Assembly (NCBI GenBank): GCA_026625185.1
Contig: CP113000.1
Span: 2,205,622 to 2,237,621, forward strand
From: Thermodesulfobacteriota bacterium
GTDB taxonomy: Bacteria > Desulfobacterota > WTBG01 > JAGOGO01
Reading direction: 5' to 3'
Length of the DNA: 32,000 bases
In this document: one piece after another, positions 25,701-32,000 of the stretch
Position numbering within the stretch: the stretch's first letter is position 1
Layout: each line of letters begins with the position of its first letter
Position numbers and translations under genes: made by a program
The notes under the pieces: generated by a model
Database searches by the model: none
The model's input: only the letters and a program-made list of their open reading frames with translations
What the model was told of the DNA's origin: nothing

Positions 25701-26007
25701 TGAAGAAAACGAAAAGTGGTTGCTTCTATGCGCCCCGCATGTTGCTCGTCAGTATGATGAGATGTTCTTTATTGAATCCTTAACCAAATTCGAAGACCTA
25801 GAAAGCATTAAGCGGATCGGTAAAATTTTTTGGCAGGTATTGGAGAATGCTACCCCTACCTTTAAACAGGAAAATATAGAGCTTATTGTCCGTAGAATTT
25901 TTGAAGTCGCCCCTAATATTGCTGAGGATATTTGCAATATTTACGGCAGGCGAGGTGTTCATTTCCTTAGGCCTATTTGGGAAGAATATCAGAAAAAGAA
26001 ATATTGA
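22795..26007 (+). CDS. Large (1070 aa) protein of unknown function, partner of the SIR2 gene
   Basis: Uninterrupted 3.2-kb ORF whose ATG overlaps the SIR2 stop (ATGA at 22795-22798). Rich in W/F/Y/K/E. No Walker A, nuclease, protease or TM motif found by eye. Composition suggests a helical repeat-like protein. Confidence 0.8.
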   Translation: MNILNAEEQQVLYLIKTDADQANYFFTQAKSLKWFYPLKDQGYFCPDHIPYDSNGNALFWNVLDYLKRVSEQVEQNSVYGEELINIIGSVVYFSQNEKQINNYHIWKYCVKILNNLPVAIIKKYLTIEEFRSWLSVWTTFSEGKVLPITLIGGSLLPKFLAGDSTIEYVETIIDVITCIKLSGKFHPLTKVDEIILAYSSYWIRDAFKKNYELIGQKCSLNAIYILADKLKKVLEHKQKKHSGNIEIGEDVYHIEVSRVPAEKLKAGEIGFQDGQFQCVVKQFSRQQLQDVGGDHSYWALYKTEPQIEVKQFSFTAMRQEAFLKTIIENLPRDIEWTKSTNFDEKLKYIFKGLHADYSEIWLKSIASGGQDYERDAEEVLAIILRDILLAKCEANKSEGKKILCSFLSDHYQFPIFRRFVLLCIDKYWINFYDLFDKFFEIVPTALEESAYEVELYDILVNHNQEFNLGLRTNLKELIDNVPAYYVKEGEKLTEYWKYKWLSPLRHNPDFSALYEKAKQKTEPKDGKPYEPRRLSFEAGVVSHKSPISKEEILEMPVSEFVKYLSEFKGADFWRGAFDGEPDKEGLAEAFHAAVKENPKKFTDEIDAFWGVDYFYLHKGLFWGFREAWTAKNELDWEKIFNFILKYFKRNKECILKEAFQAQGNDSGEGKYIYLVDDVVGLIADGCRDDARAFDLKYFDKANQIFELVLPLLKGEKNPDTQRDALSYAMNTTLGKTIEAYISFALRATGATKEKEENWGEIKFERFFTKGGIEAYIWFGCYLPQMKYLDEKYTEEKIKLFALKKADDFKWQMFMEGYLFAHKVYPDLYSLMRAHYIMALENKIFEERIDRRLVSHIALGYLYYGESLQEKNPDGNSSLFWKMLTEAGARGKSDRWLEIAGFFWSEGEGMVRKTKKDVEGKSSEEIKKKILDFWCWTYNQQKLAEENLGDRYNAFLERMAKLTIFLDSIDEENEKWLLLCAPHVARQYDEMFFIESLTKFEDLESIKRIGKIFWQVLENATPTFKQENIELIVRRIFEVAPNIAEDICNIYGRRGVHFLRPIWEEYQKKKY

Positions 26008-26352
26008 TACCAAGAGGTCATAAAATCGAAAACTTTTTGGGGAAGCATCCGGGTAGGTCTACACTGCAAGTGAAGTAAATCTTCGCGGGATAAACGTTTG
26101 ACAAAATATATAAATTGAATAACTCATCAAGAGAAAAGAGGGACGTTGACCAATATTTTCAAAATTCGGGTGAAGTTGAGGACTAAAAAGTACGAAGGGA
26201 TTGCGTCATTTCCCCTCGCAACTATCTGCCTGCTTTCATTTTTTAAATATAAAGGGGGTTATTATGGAAAAGAATGAAGTTGTAGTGGTAGATGTTCAAA
26301 TGTCTATGTGGTCAATGATGCGCGACGGTCATCAGTAACTTTCAAAACTGAT

Positions 26353-27102
26353 ATGAGACGTAGAACAATAATGGTATTGACCCTTTTAGTATTCGTTGCC
26401 CTTTTGGTGGCGCTCCGGTATTTGCCGCTTGAGAGAATATTGCTTTTTTATCCCAGTCACCATTCCCCCAATAACAGCCTTACACCCTGGGTTAAGAATG
26501 GCGAAATCATCGGTTACGCGCGCAAGATAGAATCGCCAAAAAATGTATGGCTGATGCTTCATGGAAACGCCGGGCAGGCATCCGACCGCTTATACGCAGT
26601 GCCTTGTTTTTCAAGTGACGATTCGGTCTTTATTCTCGAATATCCGGGATACGGTGATCGCAACGGTATTCCATCGAAAGAGACTTTTAATCGCGCGGCT
26701 CAAGAAGCCTACCTTTTTCTCAAAGAAACGTATCCTCACCTTCCGGTCTGTGTAGTCGCGGAATCGATTGGATCAGGACCGGCTTCGTCCCTTGCCGGCC
26801 TGGCTCAAAAACCGGATAAGTTCGTTTTTATCGTTCCTTTTGATAAACTTTCTTCGGTAGGCGCAGATCACTTTCCCTCCATTCTGGTGTATCTGATACT
26901 TAGGAGCAATTGGGATAATATAACGGCTCTTTCAAATTATAAAGGCCCGATTGATATTTTTGGCGCTGAAGCCGACACTATTATCCCGGTGCGGCACGCG
27001 AAGGCTCTTGGGGCTGCTCTCCCTACCGCGAAACTGACAATCATTGAGGGTGGGCATAATGATTGGTCTTTTGAGGGTCGCGTGCAGATAAGGAATCCAT
27101 AA
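26353..27102 (+). CDS. Alpha/beta hydrolase with N-terminal membrane anchor
   Basis: Contains an HGNAG oxyanion-type motif, the nucleophile elbow AESIGSG and a C-terminal GGHND. I prefer the start MRRRTIMVLTLLVFVALLVAL at 26353 over the GTG at 26308. Confidence 0.75.
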   Translation: MRRRTIMVLTLLVFVALLVALRYLPLERILLFYPSHHSPNNSLTPWVKNGEIIGYARKIESPKNVWLMLHGNAGQASDRLYAVPCFSSDDSVFILEYPGYGDRNGIPSKETFNRAAQEAYLFLKETYPHLPVCVVAESIGSGPASSLAGLAQKPDKFVFIVPFDKLSSVGADHFPSILVYLILRSNWDNITALSNYKGPIDIFGAEADTIIPVRHAKALGAALPTAKLTIIEGGHNDWSFEGRVQIRNP

Positions 27103-27138
27103 ATGGTAGGGGCTCTTTGCAACGTGCCCCTACCATTT
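27101..27138. terminator. Bidirectional hairpin between convergent genes
   Basis: Perfect 12-bp stem aaatggtagggg / cccctaccattt with a 14-nt loop. It overlaps both stop codons (27100-27102 and 27137-27139). Confidence 0.55.
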
Positions 27139-28756
27139 ATTTGCCGGATTGTGTCAGATAGATATCCGTTCCATCCTCGCTGGTGGTGAGGGGGTAGGGG
27201 ATGAAATTTTTGACCCTGGGCTGCTCCAGGTAATAATCGGTCTGGTGCCAGAAAAAGACGACCGGAGCATCGTTAATGATGGTTTCCTCTGCCTCGTGAA
27301 AGAGGTGTATACGAGCGGCAAGGTCCGGTTCTTGTTGGGCTTTTTCTATGAGAAGATCAACTGCGGGGTTTTTGTAAAAGGATCGGTTTCCTCCCGCGCC
27401 CCAGTTGCTCGAATGAAATAAGGGAAAGAGAAAATTCTCCGCGTCCGGATAATCCGCCCACCAGGAGAGCCAGAAGGCTTGAGCCTTTCCTCGCGCAACC
27501 GCTTCCTTAAACGAACTCCATTCGAGCTGAACGATACTCACGTTGATCTCCACCTCCTGGAGGTATTGTTGAATCACCTCGACAATGTCGAGCACCTCGG
27601 GAAGCGCCGTGATGGTTATCGTAAGCGGAAAACCGTCGGGGTATCCGGCTTGTTTAAGAAGCTCACGCGCTTTCGCAGGATTATAAGTGAAGGGGTCTTT
27701 TAAAGGTGAAAAAGATTTTCGTAAGAGGGGCGGGATAGGACCAGAGGCTAAGAAGCCGCGTTTTTCAAAGAGCGTGGTTCTTATTTTTTCTCGGTCAATG
27801 GCAAAGCTGATCGCCTGGCGGACCCGGATATCGTTAAGCGGCGGTTGCTGACAGTTTAAGCCGAGGTAATAGATATTGATCCCGGGTTGCTCTTTGATGG
27901 AGTATTTCCCGGGGTGGGTGTAATATTTGTGAAACTCCGGCGCTGGGATGCGGATGATATCGAGGTTTCCGATTTCGAATTCCACGATCGTGGTTAGATC
28001 CTCAGGGATAATGCGGTAAACGACTCCTTTCAGATGGGGAGGAGATCGGAAGAACTTGGGATTGGCAACTAAACAAAGCTGCTGGCTATGCTGCCATTCT
28101 TGGAGCATAAAAGGCCCGGTGCCAACCACATGGGAAGAAAAGTCTGCTCCCCATTTCTCCACCTCTTCCTTGGGCACCACTGAAGCATTCGTGAGGCTCA
28201 GGAGACTTAAGAAAGGGGTAAAAGGTTTTTTCAGCTGGATCGTGAGGGTATACCTGCCTTTAACTCTGATCCCGGATACCTCTTTAGCCTGGTTCTGCAT
28301 GAACTCCTGAGCGCCTTCGATGCGATCCAAAACCCAGGTTCGCGGTGAGCGCGTCGCCGGATTCAAGACCCGCTCAAAAGAGTACTTAACGTCATCGGCA
28401 GTCACTTCCCGACCATTGCTAAAGAGAATTCCTTGGTGGAGATAAAAAGTATATGTCGTTCCACCCGGGGATATCTCCCACTTTTCGGCAATATCCGGTT
28501 GTAAGGTAAGATCTCGATCAAACCTTACCAGGCCGTTAAAAAGCTTAGCTCCGATTGAAGCACCAGTGACATCAACAATTAGGGCTGGATCGAGGGTGGT
28601 GGGGTTCGTATTAAGTCGGAGATAAAGAAATCCCTCTTTTTTTGGTAGGGATTGCCGGCAGGCAATTTCAGAGAGGAAAACAATGACCAGCAACAGCGCA
28701 TACCAGGAATAAAAGAGAGCGGTGGTTTGGTTTTGGCGGTGTGTTAGGGGATTCAA
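27137..28756 (-). CDS. ABC transporter substrate-binding protein, family 5 (peptide/nickel, OppA/DppA-like)
   Basis: 539 aa with an N-terminal signal/anchor. Family-5 hallmarks are present, such as LDPA...ITYTFYL..G..FSNGREVTADDVKYSFER and a YYLGLN-type segment. Confidence 0.85.
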   Translation of the reverse strand: MNPLTHRQNQTTALFYSWYALLLVIVFLSEIACRQSLPKKEGFLYLRLNTNPTTLDPALIVDVTGASIGAKLFNGLVRFDRDLTLQPDIAEKWEISPGGTTYTFYLHQGILFSNGREVTADDVKYSFERVLNPATRSPRTWVLDRIEGAQEFMQNQAKEVSGIRVKGRYTLTIQLKKPFTPFLSLLSLTNASVVPKEEVEKWGADFSSHVVGTGPFMLQEWQHSQQLCLVANPKFFRSPPHLKGVVYRIIPEDLTTIVEFEIGNLDIIRIPAPEFHKYYTHPGKYSIKEQPGINIYYLGLNCQQPPLNDIRVRQAISFAIDREKIRTTLFEKRGFLASGPIPPLLRKSFSPLKDPFTYNPAKARELLKQAGYPDGFPLTITITALPEVLDIVEVIQQYLQEVEINVSIVQLEWSSFKEAVARGKAQAFWLSWWADYPDAENFLFPLFHSSNWGAGGNRSFYKNPAVDLLIEKAQQEPDLAARIHLFHEAEETIINDAPVVFFWHQTDYYLEQPRVKNFIPYPLTTSEDGTDIYLTQSGK

Positions 28757-28990
28757 GACGATGATTCTTTATGCGTTGTGAGTATGGGCCATGAAAATCC
28801 GAATTTTGAAGCACGAAATTCGAAAAAAATTTTAAATTCGAATTTTTCAATGTTCAAAAACTTCAGCCGGTTCTCTTTGACCGCTTTGGTTAAAGTCTGT
28901 TTTGGTCATTTCACTTTGAGATTTTGTTTATTTTTTCGTGTTTCGGACTTAGAATTTCGAAATTAGCCGCTTCCCAATAATGCGACGGGG

Positions 28991-29353
28991 TCAATAACCG
29001 TAATCCCCGTTTTCAATAGAAATCAGCCTGCCGTTTTCAAACTTGAAAATTTGCATAAACTGGTTTGGGCCGAAGTTGTAAAACCATTCGTCAACGTTTA
29101 CCTGAACCTTGTTATAGAGCGGCTGGTTGAGATTTCCCCGCTCATCATAATAATCGTCGCCACGGGAACGTTCGATCCGTTCTTCGGTTCGTTCTTCGGA
29201 AAAGGCGGGAGGGCCGCATTTTGCAAGAACTTCCGCTTTTGTATCCCCGGTGGAAGCGAGCTTGTTTCCGCACCGGCATGCGTCAGTGGCCTTCGCGTAA
29301 TGAACCATTGACAACAACAAAAAAATACTCAACAGGACATAGGTTTTTTTCAT
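28991..29353 (-). CDS. Secreted DUF2845-like small protein
   Basis: Signal peptide MKKTYVLLSIFLLLSMVHYAKA. Then C.CGNKLASTGDTKAEVLAKCGPP and the C-terminal WFYNFGPNQFMQIFKFENGRLISIENG pattern I associate with DUF2845. Confidence 0.55.
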   Translation of the reverse strand: MKKTYVLLSIFLLLSMVHYAKATDACRCGNKLASTGDTKAEVLAKCGPPAFSEERTEERIERSRGDDYYDERGNLNQPLYNKVQVNVDEWFYNFGPNQFMQIFKFENGRLISIENGDYGY

Positions 29354-29520
29354 ATACTGTCCCTTTACTCCTCAGACACCTTGATAGTTTTGGTTTTACA
29401 TAACACGCTGAACCGTAAACTAAAAAAAAACTATTATTAATATACTCCAATAATGAATTAATAGCAGCCCTTTTTTTGATGCATTTTTTGGTCTTGGTGT
29501 AATGGAGTGCGCTCATCTAA

Positions 29521-29567
29521 ACTCCCCCTAACCACCTCTTTCGGAAAGAGTGGGTTAGGGGGAGTTC
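29521..29567. repeat. GC-rich palindromic (REP-like) element
   Basis: 23-nt arms aactccccctaaccacctctttc / gaaagagtgggttagggggagtt with 2 mismatches. Same compositional style as the core of the 699-941 element. Confidence 0.6.
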
Positions 29568-29648
29568 CCGTTTACGCTAAATTAACCGCTGTCTACTACC
29601 CACACTCTTGCACGATGAGATCATTTTTTTCAGCTTCCGGTCAACCAA

Positions 29649-30992
29649 TCAAACACTCAGAAAAATATAACGGATTAAAAACAGGATCGCGAAGCCGGAA
29701 ACAAGCAGCGGCACTTCTTTTATTTTTCCTTGAACGGTTTTTAACAGCGTATAAGAGATAAAACCAAACGAGATGCCTTCGGTAATGCTGAACGTGAAGG
29801 GCATCAAGATTATGGTTAAAAAAGCGGGAATCGCTTCGCCAAAATCATTCCAGTTGATTTGGGAAATATTTTTCAGCATAAAGCAGCCGACAATAATAAG
29901 CGCAGGAGCAATTATGGGATAGAGGACCAAACCTTCGCCAACTTTCATTCCTCCTCCGATCATCTTCACAAGGGGCGCGAAAAATATGGCCAAGAGAAAC
30001 ATGAGGCCCGTCATTATATTGGCCAGACCGGTCCGGGCACCGGCACTTACCCCGGTAGCGCTTTCGATATAACAGGTCACGGTTGAGGTGCCCAAGAGGG
30101 CTCCTGATACCGTGCCAATCGCGTCCGAAAGCAAAGCTTGACGGGCGCGGGGTAACGTCCCGTCCGGTTGCAACAATCCCGCTTCCTGACTCACACCGAT
30201 TAATGTGCCCACAGTGTCGAACAAGGCCAGGAAGAAAAAAACGAAAACTATGGAAAGCATGCCGGTTTCCAGCGCTCCCATGATATCAAGCTTGAAAAAA
30301 GTGGGTTTGATGGACGGCACCGGCCCGATAATCCCTCCATAGCTTACCATATCGGTCATAAGACCAACGATGAAGGTTGCCAAAATTCCCAGCAAGATAG
30401 CGCTACGCATTCCCAGGGCCAACAAAATTGCCATGACGGTCAACCCAAAAAGGGATAAAAGTACCGGAGGGGAGGATAACTTTCCCATACTCACCAAAGT
30501 TCCCGGATGGTACACCACGATTCCTGCCCATTCAAGACCGACCACCGCGATAAGCAATCCGATACCCGCGGCGATTCCGTTTTTCAAGGTTGAGGGAATG
30601 GTATTTACCAAGCGCTCGCGAAGCCCCACAAACGATACAACGATGAATAATACCCCGGAAATAAAAATAGCGCCTAACGCTTGCTGCCAGCTATATTTAA
30701 GGGTGAGGACCACTGTGTAGGCAAAGAAAAAATTGTGCCCCATGGCTGGCGCCAGGGCGATAGGGTAGTTGGCGAGAAAGGCCATTAAAAAGGTCGCGAA
30801 AGCGCTGGAGAGGCAGGTCGCGACCATAACCGCTTCTCGGTCCATTCCCACTGCACCCAAAACTGCGGGTTGCACAAAAATTATGTAGGCCATCGTCATG
30901 AAGGTGGTTAAACCGCCTGCGATTTCCCGTTGGAGAGTGGTTTGCGCTTTCTGCAATCCAAAAATTTTTTCTATCATAACGCCCCTCGACAA
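29649..30992 (-). CDS. NCS2-family purine permease (AzgA/PurP-type adenine/guanine/hypoxanthine transporter)
   Basis: N-terminus TTLQREIAGGLTTFMTMAYIIFVQPAVLG, and later ESATGVSAGARTGL, typical of AzgA-like permeases. It lies 55 nt downstream of apt on the same strand. Confidence 0.85.
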   Translation of the reverse strand: MSRGVMIEKIFGLQKAQTTLQREIAGGLTTFMTMAYIIFVQPAVLGAVGMDREAVMVATCLSSAFATFLMAFLANYPIALAPAMGHNFFFAYTVVLTLKYSWQQALGAIFISGVLFIVVSFVGLRERLVNTIPSTLKNGIAAGIGLLIAVVGLEWAGIVVYHPGTLVSMGKLSSPPVLLSLFGLTVMAILLALGMRSAILLGILATFIVGLMTDMVSYGGIIGPVPSIKPTFFKLDIMGALETGMLSIVFVFFFLALFDTVGTLIGVSQEAGLLQPDGTLPRARQALLSDAIGTVSGALLGTSTVTCYIESATGVSAGARTGLANIMTGLMFLLAIFFAPLVKMIGGGMKVGEGLVLYPIIAPALIIVGCFMLKNISQINWNDFGEAIPAFLTIILMPFTFSITEGISFGFISYTLLKTVQGKIKEVPLLVSGFAILFLIRYIFLSV

Positions 30993-31047
30993 GTTGCCAC
31001 CTCATTTTTGTTGCTCCACGGCATCATGGGTCCTTGAAATTCTGAGG

Positions 31048-31563
31048 TTAGTCGTACTGCACGACTGAGAAAACATCGTATTGAGATAGCTCATCACGTG
31101 CTTTAAGGAAAACCAATTCGATGATGAAAGCCAGGCCAACGATGTCCCCGCCCAGGCGTTCAACCAACTTGCAGGTGGCTTTGGCGGTGCCTCCGGTTGC
31201 TAAGAGATCGTCTATGATCAACACCTTTTGTCCCTTAGCAATCGCATCAGTATGAATCTCAACCGTATTGGTGCCGTATTCAAGCGTATAGCTCTCACTG
31301 ATAGTTTCCGCTGGCAGTTTCCCCGGTTTGCGAACCGGCACAAACCCGCAGCCCAACTCATACGCTAAGAGAGCGCCGGAGATAAAACCCCGCGACTCAA
31401 TCCCCACCACAATATCAACCTGTTTGCCTTGACAAAACTTTAGCATCTCCTGAACTTTGTACCGTAGCGCTTTAGGATTTTTCAGCAACGTAGTGATGTC
31501 CTTAAAAATAATTCCTTTTTTGGGGAAATTAGGCACATCCCGGATGGTGCTTTCTATGTCCAT
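31048..31563 (-). CDS. apt: Adenine phosphoribosyltransferase
   Basis: FPKKGIIFKDITTLL, GIESRGF and the PRPP-binding loop VLIIDDLLATGGTA. 171 aa, with an aaggagg SD upstream. Confidence 0.9.
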   Translation of the reverse strand: MDIESTIRDVPNFPKKGIIFKDITTLLKNPKALRYKVQEMLKFCQGKQVDIVVGIESRGFISGALLAYELGCGFVPVRKPGKLPAETISESYTLEYGTNTVEIHTDAIAKGQKVLIIDDLLATGGTAKATCKLVERLGGDIVGLAFIIELVFLKARDELSQYDVFSVVQYD

Positions 31564-31638
31564 AAAAATTTACCTCCTTGAAGGCTTCATTAAATAACAA
31601 AATAGTTATCAAACTGATTTTGAATGGGCACGAAATTT

Positions 31639-31674
31639 AAAAAAGGAGTAACCGAGTATAGTTACTATTCTCCT
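31639..31674 (-). terminator. Probable rho-independent terminator after the transaldolase gene
   Basis: On the minus strand: ggagaatagtaac tatactcg gttactcc, an imperfect stem, followed by tttttt. Confidence 0.5.
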
Positions 31675-31692
31675 TAACCGTACCCCTTTGGT

Positions 31693-32000
31693 TTATTTCT
31701 CCTTTTTGGGGACTTTTTTCGCATCAGCCAGAAAACGTTCTATGCCGATATCCGTGAGCGGATGTTTGGTCAGTTGTTCCAGCACTGAGAACGGGATCGT
31801 GGCAATGTCCGCGCCCAAAAGAGCGGCCTCAAGAACATGCACCGGATTGCGGATGCTTGCCACAATAATCTCGGTATCAAATTCATAGTTGTCAAAGATC
31901 GTGACGATCTGCTCAATCAAGTCCATCCCCACCTGGGAAATGTCATCCAGCCGCCCGATAAAAGGGCTGACGTAAGCGGCTCCTGCTTTGGCTGCGATCA
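31693..32000 (-). CDS. Transaldolase / fructose-6-phosphate aldolase (short type 3B), C-terminal part (5' end beyond the window)
   Basis: The frame stays open to position 32000 upstream of the Met given in the track: ...[82 protein letters not shown]. This includes the Schiff-base-region motif SPFIGR. Confidence 0.85.
   Translation of the reverse strand, partial: IAAKAGAAYVSPFIGRLDDISQVGMDLIEQIVTIFDNYEFDTEIIVASIRNPVHVLEAALLGADIATIPFSVLEQLTKHPLTDIGIERFLADAKKVPKKEK

Noticed and set aside
26005-26353. Read-through fusion of the 1070-aa ORF with the hydrolase ORF (same frame, no TAA/TAG for ~100 codons)
   Set aside because: The stretch contains four TGA codons, and its translation looks like non-coding sequence. 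The hydrolase has its own plausible start with a signal-anchor at 26353.
31564-31692. Purine riboswitch upstream of apt and the permease
   Set aside because: I found no match to the conserved purine-riboswitch junction sequences. The region contains only a terminator-like hairpin for the upstream gene and an SD.
1-32000. Alternative genetic code with TGA read as Gly (code 25), suggested by in-frame TGAs at expected Gly positions in the SIR2 gene (21983) and the GNAT fragment
   Set aside because: TGA works as a normal stop in ATGA stop/start overlaps at 6856-6859 and 22795-22798, and it ends the EndoV-like and 15493-15843 ORFs sensibly. Reading through TGA after 26005 or 1986 yields no family-like sequence. 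The overall composition is not the very low GC typical of code-25 lineages. Nonsense mutations or sequence errors are more parsimonious.
1-32000. tRNA, rRNA or tmRNA genes
   Set aside because: No T-loop (GTTCGAATC-like) or cloverleaf-compatible segments were spotted, and no rRNA-like conserved strings. This was a visual scan only, so a small RNA could have been missed.

Overview
The window looks like a bacterial chromosome segment, probably from an uncultivated lineage; I cannot assign taxonomy from sequence alone. All domain calls come from motif recognition by eye, with no database search. Housekeeping and regulatory genes flank an accessory region at about 17.1-26.3 kb. The flanks hold a GspE/PilB-type ATPase fragment, a Ser/Thr kinase fused to a cNMP-binding domain, a bisphosphate nucleotidase, a GT2 plus ParB-like pair, a sensor kinase, an AAA+ ATPase, three radical-SAM or DUF1848 DNA-repair-like genes, a 19-repeat TPR protein, a peptide-type ABC binding protein, an apt plus purine permease operon and a transaldolase. 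The accessory region holds a resolvase-like gene and a ~990-bp segment present twice as direct repeats. Each copy carries an endonuclease-V-like gene, a cas-less CRISPR-repeat-derived tandem array and a promoter plus small-RNA module. The two copies bracket a GC-rich permease gene. The second copy is followed by an AT-rich two-gene operon: a SIR2_2-type NADase-like gene translationally coupled to a 1070-aa protein with no motif I can recognise. I consider this split SIR2 plus giant partner pair, together with the array and RNA modules in front of it, the best candidate for an undescribed defence-type system. The SIR2 gene carries an in-frame TGA at codon 37. The window also holds several other lesions (gene remnants, a 3' frameshift, a gene with no canonical start), so either gene decay or assembly error must be considered. 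No tRNA, rRNA or cas genes were seen.
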